DNA of 64,000 bases from Lytechinus pictus (lineage: Eukaryota). Shown in pieces: positions 37,501 to 51,691 of this stretch. Location: contig NC_087259.1 of the NCBI RefSeq assembly GCF_037042905.1, forward strand, positions 24,924,001-24,988,000. The letters run 5' to 3'. A model generated the notes under the pieces. That model was not told the origin of the DNA and did not search any database. It was given only the letters and a program-made list of their open reading frames with translations. Each line of letters opens with the position of its first letter. The stretch's first letter is position 1. A program made the translations under genes and the position numbers.

Positions 37501-40500
37501 TATCAGTGGTGAAAAGCGACATGTACACTCTTTTGTATGTTGGAAAGGTACATGTGTATAATGATAATAGCATGTATTGTAGTAGCATGTAGTGTCTATA
37601 CAATTATATGTACACCTGGGGGTGTAGGTAGAGATCTTGCAAAAGGGGGGTGTCTGTATTAGCTGTGCCACAGTTTCACATCTACAAGTGACCAAGTAAG
37701 ACAAATTAGACAATAAAGCAAAAAACATGGAATATATTTAGATGAAGTGGTAAAAAAAGGCAGCAATGTGATCTTTATTCTGCACAAGGAATTCCATATT
37801 ATGGTTTATAAAGTACATTTATAAAATAAAAATATACACAGTCACTCTACTGATGTGGATAGCTTTCTGGTAGTTGTTCAGTGGGGCCGTTAGAGGGTTG
37901 GACATATGCCCTGTCTGCCCCAGTCCTGTTGTTGCTGTACTATAGTGAACACTGTCTCACTTGACATAATGTCTGTCTATACCAGTGAAAGAATATTCTT
38001 ATTGGGGGACGGAGGTTGCGTCCCCCTTGTCCCCCTGGCTATGCCTATACCTATTTCTAATTATCAAAACCAGTGATATGATAATAGACTGGGTCGTCTC
38101 TTATTTGCATTGTTTGAAGTCTCTATTTGAACAGCTCGCACGCTCTGCCCATCGCTGGCCGACATTGACCTGAATCTTTTTCTTCATTATAATTATCATT
38201 CACTGCCTGATCAAAATCTCTCTCCGGCTTTAATAATTAATGTCATCACTATTGTTTTCTTTTCAGCTTCGACTACTGCAATAATCATAATGTTTCAGCA
38301 GAGAGCAAAATGATGACAAAGAAGCTTATGTTACCAGACTCTGTTTTTGTTTATGATTTTGAAAGAAGTGTATCATCAACATTAAAAGACATAAAGAGAA
38401 TGGTTGTTATTGTAATCAATATTAGAAAAAAAGGACATTTTCTTTGTAGAATGATACGACTGGATGCTCTTCTAGCTTGAAAATTGATGTCAGTATCTAG
38501 TGATTGCTTCAGATGTTTCTGCAACTTTATTGCATTTTAGAGAATTTTGAGTGACAACATTAGTGAAAATTTCATTTGTTGGGCACTTGAAGAAATTGTA
38601 AAATTGTTAGGAATGGTGAAGAAAGGCACGTTTAAACAATGTCCAGACAAAACAGTGCATAATTGATGTAAAGCGAAATTTGGGTTTGGAATGATTAATT
38701 TGCTGCTTCCGTGCAGAAATTTTCAAGGGACACGATTATGCAACATATGGCAACAGAAAGATGGCTCATATCTGGATCATTTCAGATTATAGCCATGATT
38801 GTACTTCCAAAACAAAATTCTCGGACAAATAATAATAATCCGTAAAATATCACGCTATTTGCAAATAATCCCAAGTTGACTTGGGATTGCAATCTCAAGA
38901 TTAATCCAGCGAACTAGTGCGATAGTTGCGTTTCCATTACTAATAATCTTGAGATTGTTCAGATCAGGATAATTTGCCGGATCGGAAATAGCGTGCTAAT
39001 ATGAAAACTAGTGTTGGTGCAGACGGCCCTACAGTCTTCAAAACTGATATTATCATGATGGTAATTTCTCGCTTTTTGTTATATTCAATTCCCTCCGTCC
39101 ACTCCTGCAGTTGCTTACTGGACATCTATTCACTTACCTTTAAAATTCACAAAACACCCACAGAATATACTAGTATTAAAGCCAACTTCAAGGCAAATAA
39201 TATACATACATTCAAAGATCAAGACAACTATACTCTTAATCTTAATTGAAATGTATATGGGGCCATGATGTAGATACGTATGTAACACTCAGCCTTGTTA
39301 GCCCTCCCCTTCTATACCAGTAATTTGAATTGCTCTTTCGTTGCTTTGGTGTGTCATCTGTTTTGTGTCCCTCAAAATGCCCCCTCGATGCCCCCCCTCC
39401 GACTCTTGAATGGAGATGCATTTTTCCCAGGGAAACCCAATAAGAAGATGGTATGACTCAGGTATTACTAAGTGCCGAGCAAAGACATTCTGTCCTTTGT
39501 CCTGACATGCAGGAATTCATCAGTCTGTCCGTTGCCATGGATACTTGATAGTTAGTGATGAATTCAATGAGGTAATGTTGCTCCATATTGCATTACTCAT
39601 AAACAAGGATTGGATGAAGAATGCATTTCTTCTTTATTGCCGTAGAAAAACCAAATAGATGTGTTTTCAAATTGATAGTAATATAAACTGAATCAAATGA
39701 TACTATCGCATCGTTTTTACAAGGCACTTTGCTTCGGGAGGACATTTTATAGTTGATGAGAAAAAATGTGCTAAAAAACAGGGAGCCAAATTGTTTCAAA
39801 ATCTTTTTTTACCCTTACCCCTTATTCTGTAACTGCTGCATTCCACTTTCATGCTTCTAAGGTGAAGAAATGTATATTACACTTCACTAGACATTTTTCA
39901 ATTGATTGAGTATCAAAAGTAAAAATGAATTGAATATTAATTGTATGGGATTTAATGGTCTCACGTTTGGCTTTCCATAGTTCAACCAAATATTTAGACA
40001 TTAGCTTTAGTTATTGAGTTCTGAACACCAGCCATAGAACTGCAATCAAATGCATCTCTAAAACTCACTATCAACTGCATTTTCAACCAATCAAGTGTTT
40101 ATTTGGAACGTGCACTTTATATTTTTATTTGCATTTAAACGTAACTCATTCTGGGCCACAGATCGTGTTATCTCTTTTTGCATGCATGTATGTAACATAT
40201 AATGATGGATATGTACATTATGTGCAGGGAAAAGCTGCTATCATCATCAGTGGCCTTCATGTGAGCAGTTCATGTACCACTTTCAATTATAATTGCATAA
40301 TTGCCTGGTATCCTAATAGGCTATCATAATCCACAGGGCATTGGTTAATTGGTATCAAGGCATGAAATACATTCATCAATGTATTATGAATTAATTTCAC
40401 CTAGACCCCGTTCTCATATACTGATTTAAACTGGTTTCCCTCAAACCAGTTTAGGAAACCAGTTTAGAAGATCGCTTTGCTAGCGTTCTCATCTTCATAC

Positions 40501-43500
40501 TCTCCCTCTCTTTCTATAACATACTGTTGCATTTTAATGTTGTCTGTCAATATACAAAGATACTGGATCATGATTATTCATGTAATTTGTTTGAAATTAC
40601 AATTTTTTTCCATTTAATGGACTGGCACCCGTTTTCTTGTGATGGAATCTGCATAAACTACTTTGCTGTCGAACCCTGCCTTAGCCTTAGGTGAAGAGGT
40701 GGGGCTTGTAATTAAAAGCAAGTTCAACAGAAAGCAGTTTGTTTCTTACGCCTCGCCTTATTGCATATGTGCCGGTTTTACTATTTGTTTCTCACTATTT
40801 GCATCACAGCATGTGTGTACCTCATTCGAGATGCCCTGACATGTATGTGTTTGGTCTGTGGTCAGAGTGGAACTGTATCACAGATTCTTTTATGTACAAA
40901 ACTGGCTTGCTACATCAACAGAATAGAAATTACGAAGGGCAAATTGAGATTTAAATTCTCGCAAAGTGTGAGAGCATTTTGGAAAAATAACCAGGATGGT
41001 ATTGATTTTGCCTGTTTCTGACAACACAAAAGTTCACGCGGTCGAAGGTTATATACACTTGGAGGGGCCTTTCTGTGCACGTTCCAGATCGCTTCAATTG
41101 TCCCAGACAATTAAAATTCTTTCATTTTTTGTTCCAATGCTTTATGTGAGTCATGTGGATGTTGAACGTCACAAAATAGATGGGTAGTTTCTTCATAAAA
41201 ATATCATGATCCTTGCAAAGTCCTTTTTGCGAAATCAATATTAATTTGGGAAATTTATGGTGGAGTCTCTTGTGTAATAAAAATAAATCCAGACTAATTT
41301 TATTAAAAAGAATATAGCATTTGTAGTTCCTTTTTGCGTGAACATGCTTATATTTTCCTGTGTGTGTGTATTTATTTTTTTATTATTTTTTTTTTTTTGG
41401 GGGGGGGCAGATGTATCATTTTCTAATAAAGTACTTCTTGACTATTAAGAATGCAAACACCAGATTCAAATTTCTGTTGAGTATTCCCACAAATCTATAG
41501 GTTTGCAAGATATGAGTCATAAGATTTAATATTCGAGAGGAGCTTCACCCGATCCATTTCCCTTTTCACATAGATTATTAATGATAATCTGTAGACTGTA
41601 AAGAATTTTTTCCATATTCAAATCATATTCTATGGCAATGATTATAAAAGTGAAGCAGTGTCTACATTTATTTTTTTACTCTGCAAAAATTGGCCCACAT
41701 CACTCAGATCTGCAGCACTTATAAGCTTGATAGATAATCCAATATGAGAGTTAACGCATTTGCCCACTTGAAACTCTCACATTCATTGTGTATCAGTGAT
41801 TCAGATACCATTGTTTTCCTTATTCTTGTGAAGGTCATGTTCTTCAAATTGGCAACACTTAAATACAATGGGTCCAAATATGTGAATATAACAGCCATAG
41901 TGTGGCTCTTTGTTGTGTCCGCTTGTAGCAAAATTCACAAATCATTTACCCCAAATCATTCAGTAAATTTCAATCAGTGTTTCTTGTATTTGTGCCTTGT
42001 TATTTTCTACTTCTTAAAATTACAATAAAACAATAAAAGTACTAGAGTAATATGATCTGTAAATATAGGCAGCGCAAGCTCTTCTTTTTATATATATTTT
42101 TGAGATATTACGTTTGCATTTGGAGAAGTTATTGTAAAAGTTATCTGTAAAAGTACAGCCTTCCTTGTATATACTTGTATTTTTATCTTTTTATGTTTTA
42201 ATTGTTATACTCTGTTGATATTCCATCATGCCACTTTCGTAATGTAACTTATTATTATAGTATAATTCATGGGCTTTGTTTTAAGTCTCGGCCACTTACT
42301 TCAGGGGCAAATATATGATAAAAACTTTTCATTTTTGGCAATTCTTATATTACACATTTTGTTCTGATCACTATGTGATCTCATGATATCACCCCCTTGT
42401 ATCATGGTTATATTTGGAAGAAATACATGTTGTATTACATTTGTGATATCAATATTTAGAAGCACAATGTTCTGTGTATGTTATACATGTATTATCTTTG
42501 TGTGTGATATACATCAAAAGCAATCTTCACTGTTTTACATGTACTTCCAATAAAAAGGGATGAATTATTTTATAGAGGATGGAATGTATGGAGTGAATTT
42601 TGATTTTCGAAATTAATAGGCATGAACAAGAAAGAATTGTAATTATGACTGAATATTTGGTCAATAATTTGAAATATGTTATATTTGATTGAAAGAATTA
42701 AGAAGATGGTATTGAATACTGCAAATGTGCATTAATGTGTGGCAGATTGATTTTTATATTTTTGACATATTTTTACCTAAAACTTTGCACATATTTTTAC
42801 TTCAAACTTTGCTCATATTTTTGATTCAGCAATACCAATTCTTTGTATATGAAATAAAGAGTTTGAATCTGCTATTGTCAGTCATAATTGAGATAAAATT
42901 GCATCGAAAATACAAAAATAATCTTTACAGGCTAAGCACCTGACTGTCTAGATGTGTATTTGACAATGTTAAATTTTATATTTGTGTTTAGCTTTTTTCA
43001 ACGTGTATTTGAGTGTTTAATATTGTAAATGTATTCATTTTCCACAGCAAAGCTGAAATTAGTATGTTGTATTGGTCACTGTATGTACTTAAAGCAAATG
43101 AACTTCCAAACAAGAAATTGTGTTTTATGTTTATGTTTAAATAAAATTCATTTATTGGAACTGTATAATTTATCATAAAATTGTTTTTTAAAGATGATTG
43201 AAAGAAAGGGAATGTCAGAGTTATTTACTTGTTTTTTTATTGAGCTTACTCTGTTTTTGTTTAATCTGTATATGGACAAATGTACAATTTGCTGTGTACA
43301 GTTTGAGTGTACCAAAATAAATTTATGTATTTATCTTGTTTGGAGACAAACTTATGTAAAATAATTAATAACAATATATTTTGATATCACCACTTATTTA
43401 TATGAATTGATAGACATATTACATAGAGCTACCCGTATTGGGTTTATTTATATAATATTCATTTGCATGTATATATTTGCATCAATATTCTTGGTATTAT

Positions 43501-44162
43501 CCAGGAAAGAATTATTATGTTATGTAAATTTAGAATTAAATTATAGTAAGCTCCGAACATGCCTCTTTCAAATGTATTCAATTACTTCCTATTCACCGTT
43601 GACTTGATAATCTCTCACTCATGTAATTATAATGATTTGCTTTGTTGTGCAGTCTTTCGATTTAGTGTAACACACATCAATATATCAATTTCAGTACAAC
43701 ATTTTTTTATAATTTGGATTTGTGATTTTTTTCTGTAAGTTCCTCAGTTCCTTACTTTCACGATGACGAATGCTCAATGACTTACAATATTTGCTATATA
43801 TTGTTGTCATTTTATATTTACAGGGTGTGTATACACATATTCAGTTTGTTGTTTTAAAATTGAATTTGCAGTGTAGCAAATACACTCGTCAGTCATGTGT
43901 TTATGCATTTCTTTCAAATCAAATATAAAACCATAAAAATGTAAGCTATTAAAAAAAGGGCATGGTCAGATACTAAAATTATTATACTATAACTACATGC
44001 TATAGAATAGTCTAGAAGATAATCAGATTAACCTGTTGACTGCAGGAAGCATATATACAGTATGTTCCTTTTCCAGAGGATACATGTATTGGAATGAGAG
44101 AATTCTGTATTTAACAGGTCAATTTGTGGATTTTGGCATTTGAGTGCCTGGTAGATAAAAGT

Positions 44163-44368
44163 CAGTGGCGGGATCCAGGATTGTCCAACAGGGGGGGGGC
44201 ACATTTTCCAAAGGAAAATTTGACAAGCAAAAATATAAAAAGAAGAAGAAAAAAGAGTCATCACTTTCAAAAGGGGGGACACACTTGTATTAGAACGCCA
44301 TATTTACATTACAAATTTTGATTATGCCTCTCAAAAGGAAGGGCACTCCCCCCCTTGATCAGCCAGTG
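44163..44368. mobile_element. Short hAT-like MITE, 8-bp TSD
   Basis: CAGTGGCGGGATC ... GATCAGCCAGTG with TSD ATAAAAGT/GTAAAAGT. Confidence 0.72.
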
Positions 44369-45215
44369 GTAAAAGTCATACAGTATATTAGTTCTATATG
44401 GAATGTATTCTACATAGGATTTTGAAGTGATTGTTCATCTTCATAATACTACTTGGTTAAAGTGCGGAAGGGATGAAAAGGGTGAAGATTGTTTAGAACC
44501 TAACGACGTTCCTCGTAAAGTAAAGTCTCACTTAAAGTCATGCTTAAGTGCGAATGCTCACATGATATTGGATGTGATCTACCATATGCAGTGCATTATA
44601 TATACCAACAAGGAATTCAAGCGTGACCCTTTCTCAGACTTGAATATTTGCGAAACACCCCAAGCAGAATGAATCCCCCCTATTGATATCATAATGGTTG
44701 ATAAAATGCGAAATAATGAGAAATGTATTCGAAAATTACTAGTTTTATGGTATACCTGGTTATTTTGCTCTATTGTAAGGAAAGTTGGTATTTTTTGTTG
44801 ACCAAATATCATGGAAAGAGAGAGAAAGAGAAAGCTATTTTTGCACAATATCAGTTTTTCAGTTACATTTTGTACATAGATAAATATAGATTTTTATTTG
44901 TATTCACTTTTGTTGCAAATCACAATTTTATGATGGTATTGTGGTGGTGGGATTAAAGCTTAAATCATAGAAATGAATTTGATGTATATTTGCTGGTTTT
45001 ATAGTGTACAATAATGCTGGATGTAAATTTCAATAAAGTATTGCTTAACAGAACAGATCTTTGTCATTCGTACTCCTTCATGTATTGCTGAAAAACAGTC
45101 AATGTTTTTTGATGTTTTAATGAAAACTGAGCATTTTCCTCATGTTCTGAATAGACACCATCATACTCTGAACACAGGGCTATTCGCATATATAGGGACA
45201 TATATATATGTACAT

Positions 45216-45580
45216 CCCAGAGGGGCCACTCAACTTTATTGCAAGGCACCAGGTTCTACAAATCCACCCTAAACCATTTTTTTCCATTGTTCAAATAATA
45301 CCCTATTCAAGTATATATATATATATTTTTTTTACAATTTTACTTCCTAAACAAGCATAACCCTTTACTCCTAAACAAGCATAACCCTTCAAAAATATAT
45401 GTGTATTACTCCACAAACACACCCTTTTTCCTGATTTTTCCCTTTTTGACACCCTAAACCCGTCATGTGTGTGACTTGCCATGATCAGCATAAAGTACTC
45501 TTTACATGGTTTTTTTTTTCCTGGTCGCCACATATGTACAGCAATATAGTTTGGTCCCTCCACCCCCACCCCAACCTGGA
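45216..45580. mobile_element. Degraded relative of the 25945-26406 element
   Basis: CCCAGAGGGG start, CCTAAAC repeats, and ATGTACAGCAATATA near the right end. Confidence 0.45.
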
Positions 45581-48500
45581 TGTACATTATGAAAGTATTG
45601 ATACATACTCTTTCATCAAACAAACGGAAATCTATAGCAACATTTTTGTTTCAAAAGATTATCTAACAGGAAGCCTACTATTATTCACTGTTGAAGTGAG
45701 TAAAGACTGCATGCATGCATATCGTAAGCTTGGATCCCAATGTTTCTACTTTGAAGGAAATTACCCGAATTCTGGGAAATCCTGATCATTTACAGGTAAT
45801 TTTCGGATAATGACAAAAATCCAGGAAATCAGAAAATTACGATTATACATAAGTAAAGTAGCAACTTTTAATATTCATGTTAAATTTAAAGAATTGTTTA
45901 TCTCGATAAGAAGCTAACAATTTTCTGTTCGCGCTGGCATTTCGTAATTTTGTGTCTATTAAGTTCTAATTTTTAAAATGGTGTGAACAAAAAAATGTTA
46001 AATTCCTTGATTTTGGTCACTTGGACCAAATTAAGGCTTGCTGTATTATTGCCAGATTTTTTTTAAAAATCAAGCTTGAAAATTACAGGAAATGTCTATT
46101 AATTTCGGGAAATTTGTTATGGATCTGTGGAAACACTGTTGGACCCTGAATAAGGATATAGGTTTGTTCTGAGGTAGTTTGGTCTTGAGATGGCGCTGTT
46201 TATAAAGTGGCTTTGCTATTGGCATATATCCATACCACAACTTCAGACCCTCCAATCTGGAGTTGAGAATATGTGACTAAAACTCTCTTTAAACCAGATA
46301 TTGTTCTCAAGCAACAACCTTTCACAATGCTTACCTAGTCTACAGGCACATACCCTTGGTTTTCACTTACTGCATAATACAGTGTCTGAAATAGGAGACT
46401 AGATTCATCCATGTACGGTGGCTGTTTCACTGACAGAGGATTTAGAGTCAAGACTTCACTCTAGAGACTAAATTATACAATGCCTTCATGGACTCCAGAC
46501 ATTGTATAATTTAGTGCAGTGTCAATTTGAGTGCTTACCAGGATCAATAATGCAGAATTTATTCCAAGAGCATCGTTGTAGTCGTTCAATCGTAACAACT
46601 GATTGCAATTCCTTATCAATATATATGACTGTGAAAGAGACACATACCGGACTAATTGAATGGAAAAGTTATATCAATCATTAGATTAGATATCTTTTGA
46701 TTCATAGCAAACTGTATAATACATTTTTCATTACATAACAAGCATATATATTGGTTAAAGTTTTTTTTTTTTTTGGGGGGGGGGGGGCATGAGTCAAAGA
46801 GAAAACTACCAAATAATTTAAAATTTACAACTTGCAGGAATAGGATTGTCATCATATGCTGGTCGCTTGGAAAAATAACAACCCCGGATTAAAACTCACT
46901 AAATTATTTGATACATTTACAAAGCAGAATGGTAATATCTGTTCAAAATTTTAATAATAATGATGGTAATGGTGATGACAATAGTGAACATGAATTAATG
47001 CCATGGAGATGATGATGATCATCATGGTGAAGTATTTGGTGATGATTAAATCAAAGGAAAAATGACTTAATGATTAATTAAAATACTAATACGGAAAATT
47101 TACTTCAAATATTCTTATAATAACACGGATATCACGCTTGCCTTAAATAGGTTAAAGAGATGAATCTATAAAAAGTCTATAAAAAGATGATGGTCTATAA
47201 AAAGATCATGTGCTAAGCAATTGAAAATTCTACAAAATATAGATATAGTCATGAGTATCCTCAGAAGTGAGTATAGAAATGACCAGACCCAACCAACTTT
47301 ATCTTTGATCAGTCCATACTAAATCATGGTCAATCATAATTAATACTTAAAATAACTTTATTTTTTTACATTGTAATAGGTATAATGACTATACGAGTGC
47401 TTGTACCATTGCAACAGGACTTTCATTTCGTTTTGTGTGATCACAGTTTATGATAAAAATACATGCAGGGGGCAGGGACAGGATATTCTGTTTTTTTTTT
47501 GTTTTTTTTGTGGGGGGGGGGGGGGAGTAAGCAGGCAAGACAACCTAAAGGTAGGCCTATGTTATATTGTTTCTCAGTTGAATTATAAAGATATTACATT
47601 GCCCAGACCTATACCCTAACTGTATATCCCTTTTGTACTCAATTACTTTTTCTTCCCTTTCTCCCTCTTTTTTTCCCTCTTTCCCTTTTTTCACTTCTTG
47701 AAAAAAAATCATAGGGGTGACATGTTGCCCCTTCATGCACCCCTCCTGTGGCAGCAATGTGATGAAGACATCCAATGTCAGCTTTTGGAGCAAAAGGTAT
47801 GTGTGTGTGTGTGTGTGGGGGGGGGGGGTCATGTATTTTTTGTGTATGGTGGGTGGGAAGGGGGGGTGTCATAATCCTTATCCTTAATCTTATGTGCCCT
47901 ATTAACCCATGCAGCCAATGTGGACGTAATATATTTGCTCTCATAAATATTATAAGGGACATATTCTCCATTTGTAGCATTGTTGAGTGGAAGGGGGGGG
48001 GGGGGTCCTTCACAAACAGACTCCAAGACAAGCCAAACTCTAAAAGGGGACGATGTAAGAATTTTTCTGCCATTGCTTGCAAAATTGCAATTGACAGAGA
48101 AAACTGCTTGAAGCTACCTGATTTCTACCAAGTGAGGGCACTCTTTGCGCAACCTTTTTTTTTCAGTAGGACGTGATATCCATAGAAATTTTTGATGAAA
48201 AATGAATGCACCCCATGTTATTGTTGTTTTAGAGAGTAGCGGCATTGCAGTAAAAGAAATAAAAAAATCCCACAAATAATTATGGGTTCCCGTTTTCACA
48301 ATATCTTTGCACTTGGCAGAAAGAGAGAGAGAGAGAGAGAGAGAGGGGGGGCCGGGGGGATAACACAGATTCGACGGTATTAAAAGCAAATCGCTATATT
48401 TTTCTGTGTCCTGTTCGCCCCCATTATTGCAGACACAATTATTTCAAGAGGAGTCCCACTCTAACTCAGGAAGAGCTGCCCAAAACACAATCTACAGTAA

Positions 48501-49050
48501 ATATGTATAAAAAAAGGGGGGAAGGACGAGAATGCGAAGAAAATGAAGAAAGACAGAATATAAAATTATTTTTTAATTAACATTTGGTGATTTTTACGAA
48601 AAATTCAAAAAAAAAAATCCACCATGAGTTTAGAGAGAGAGAGAGGAGGGGGGGGGGGGGTAGGAGGTATCATTAGAATTAGAATTAGCTTTACTAATAT
48701 CTGCCAGGGGGCACAGTACGTCCGGCCTGCCTGAGTGTGCCCCCCCCCCCCTTGAGAGCCATAATCAAATTTTTTAATGTGAAAGTCACAGCATATATCT
48801 GTAATGGAAATATGTCGTTTATACTCAGTTGAAAACTTTTCTTTTTCTTTTTTGCTTGTCAAATTTTACGTGGATGAAATGACCTTTGGTGAAACACTTT
48901 TGGTGAAAAACCTTTTTTTTTCTGGCTTGTCGAATTTTCCTCGGCAAAATGTGCCCCCCCCCCCTTTGGAAAATTCCGAACCCGCCTCTGAGTTACAACA
49001 TTTTAGGGGCTATAATATATTAACAATAATTGCAAATAAATTCCCTAAAA

Positions 49051-49783
49051 AGGGCAAGTCCACCCCGGAAAATATTGATTTAAATAACAAGAGAAACATC
49101 CAACAAGTATAAAACTGAAAATTTCATCAAAATCAGATGTAAAATAAGAAAGTTATGACATTTGAAAGTTTCGTTAATTTCACAAAACAGATATATGCAT
49201 ATCTTGGTTGGTATGCAAATGATGGGCAGGGGCCGCAGAACGGTTTTCAAAGTGGGGGGGGGGGGGGGGCTGACCATGCTAAAAATAACAGTCATTATGG
49301 TCATTTTACGTTTTTGTACACGGTTTTTTGAAAAAAGTGGGGGGGGGGGGCTGAAGCCCCCAGCCCCCCGGTTCCGCGGCCCCTGATGGGAGTGATGACG
49401 TCACGCACTCACTATTTCTTTTATATTTCATATGAATTTTCGCGGCTCATTTTCATGTGAAACAAAGATTTATTCCTCCCTGAACGTAGGCATATTACCG
49501 GCCATTGTTTTAACGTTTTGTGGTTCTGTTCTTCAGTCAAGTCACGATTGTCAAATCTGTAGAATATAAAATTGTATAATAAAAAACAACAAAAACAAAA
49601 GAAATAGTGACTCGACGTCATCAACTCTCATTCCCATATCATTGAGTTGTGCGAAATTAAGCAAAATTTTTAAATGTCATGTAACTTTAATTCTATTTTA
49701 CTTCCGATTTTGATGAAATTTTCAGCGTTATGCTAATTCGATTATTCTCTATTGATTATAAAAATCAACATTTTCTGGGGTGG
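49051..49783. mobile_element. Older TTAA-target (Kolobok-like) MITE copy, interrupted by a 5-bp-TSD MITE
   Basis: AGGGCAAGTCCACCCC ... TTCTGGGGTGG, with the same internal arms as the other copies. Confidence 0.78.
49227..49385. mobile_element. ~160-bp MITE (CAGGGGCCGC TIR) with a 5-bp TSD ATGGG
   Basis: ATGGG|CAGGGGCCGCAGAA ... TTCCGCGGCCCCTG|ATGGG. Same family as 7402-7553. Confidence 0.88.
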
Positions 49784-50359
49784 TAGATATTGGGCCGCTA
49801 TAATGAAAATAAATATGGAAACAGTTAACCCTAACATAATCACCGACCGGCAAATGTTTTTGCGACAATTAATCGAGCTTCATAATGACCTTTTATACCC
49901 CTACCCTGCGGCAAACGGGGAGGGTGGGGGGAGGCACCAGGCTCCTCCCCCTCACTTGATGTAACTCGGCATTGATTCATTAGAAAATCATATGTACTTG
50001 AATGAATCAGGAGCATTTGAATTAATATTTGAATGATTCGTGGAGGCAAAATGCGGTTTTTCTTGGTTACATTTTGAACCCCACCCTGAGGACTAACGCA
50101 GGACTGCGAAAATTGTGAACCCTGGCAGTTAGTCTTCAAAATATTTTTTGCTTGTGATAAATGTTTCTTAAAAAAGCATAATGAAGTACCTGAGTACTTT
50201 TGGGAATTTAAATTGTTTCACTATAAATTTAAATACGCTGTTTATGGCACTTAATCAATTATGTACTGAATTTTTGCAAATAAATCTAATAATTAAATGA
50301 AAATGACTGAAACAACGCTATAATTCCCGCGTATGTTCAATGAGATGTCTTTGTCAGTA

Positions 50360-50545
50360 TATCATCATTTGCACGCGGTGCATGCAAAATGTAGTTCAGC
50401 GTTTTCGCTGCCTCTCCATTCAGTTTTCAACCCATCAACTTCGAAGTCGAAATTTAACATCCCTTGTGCCAGCAAATAATTTTGCCGTCTTCCGAGCCCA
50501 TTACGCATGCGCATTCACCCTTGAGCGTAACCTCGTGAAGACAAA
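50360..50545 (+). promoter_or_regulatory. Putative SET promoter with an NRF1/P3A2-type site
   Basis: CpG-containing patch just upstream of the ATG. ACGCATGCGCA at 50503-50513 resembles the NRF1 motif (GCGCATGCGC). Confidence 0.5.
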
Positions 50546-50618
50546 ATGTCGTCTCCACCAGCTAAAGTTAGGAAAGAAGAAGTCACGAAAAATGGGCAAA
50601 ATGCCCAGGAATCAGAAA
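50546..50618 (+). CDS. SET: SET/TAF-I exon 1 (MSSPPAKVRKEEVTKNGQNAQESE)
   Basis: aaaATG context, and the N-terminus resembles TAF-Ibeta MSAPAAKVSKKE. Donor A|gtgagt, phase 1 matching exon 2. Confidence 0.82.
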
Positions 50619-51244
50619 GTGAGTATAACCACATGATTCTTTACACTTCTATCAATCACTGTGACCGTTGAAAAATGTTTTGGCCATCTTGATAAGTTAG
50701 GGGACACCTTGATCCGTTCTCATGTCGTCCTCGAAGCGTGGTTCCCTATTGTTGTGTACACTGGTGCATGTGTTATGGCGTTTGTACGTATGATGTGTAC
50801 GTGGGTCTATGGCGGGTGTCTATTGCACTGAGTCTGTATGGAGTTATGTGCGTGTACTGTAGTGTCGATGGTTGTGGCTGTGCAGAACGGGTCGCCTGTG
50901 CTGTGAATAACGTTTCTGAATGAGTATTTTAAGCTATGATTGAAAACACTCTGTTTAGTAATTAGAACCATTATTTTCTCCAAAGGCAAAGACCAAACAG
51001 ATTCAGACTGAGACCGACTTTAAAGTCTAATGAATAACAAAATAATTTTGATAGCAAATGAGGAGAAAGTGCCCAAAATCCAAATATCAGACACTTAGCC
51101 TTAGGCCTACATTCTAATTTTCTAAGCATAATTGGACCAAAACAAAAATACAGTCATTGGATCAAATGAAACTCATGTGTGTATCCAGTACAAATGTTGA
51201 ATATTAATGTCATATAAAAAAATTGACTAGAATTGAAAAAATAT

Positions 51245-51691
51245 CAGTAGAGGTGCACGGCCAATATTGGAGACTGTCTCCAATGTGGGAGATTATCTCC
51301 AATATCAGAGACTTTTGTAAAGAATCTGGGTATCCAATTTCAGAGACAGTCTCCAGTTTTGGAGTCCAATTTCCTTTGTTTACATTTGCTGCAAAAGGAT
51401 TAACTTGGCGGCAAATAAAAATGTGATAAGCAGATTCCTCATGAAAAATTACCCCTTTTCACCGTCTACTTTAAAAATTCACTGTCTACTTTTGTTTTGA
51501 TAAGGATTTTTCTTGTCAATCACACACTAAACAAATGGGCTTCTGACCTCAGTGAGACAAAATTTTGGGTGGAAAAAATCATGCTTTTGTTGGTGTTGTT
51601 TCTTTTGTCCTTTTGCAAAGCAAGTCTCCAATGTGGGAGATTGTCTCCCTTATTGGAGAGAGTCTCCCATATTGGCCGTGCGCCTCTACTG
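51245..51691. mobile_element. MITE with ~40-bp TIRs (CAGTAGAGG...) and a 5-bp TSD AATAT
   Basis: AATAT|CAGTAGAGGTGCACGGCCAATATTGGAGAC ... GTCTCCCATATTGGCCGTGCGCCTCTACTG|AATAT, with internal GGAGA/TCTCC repeats. Confidence 0.88.

Noticed and set aside
47401-49112. Cluster of overlapping 65-147 aa ORFs
   Set aside because: They derive from G/C homopolymers, (GT)n/(GA)n tracts and MITE debris, with no protein-like composition.
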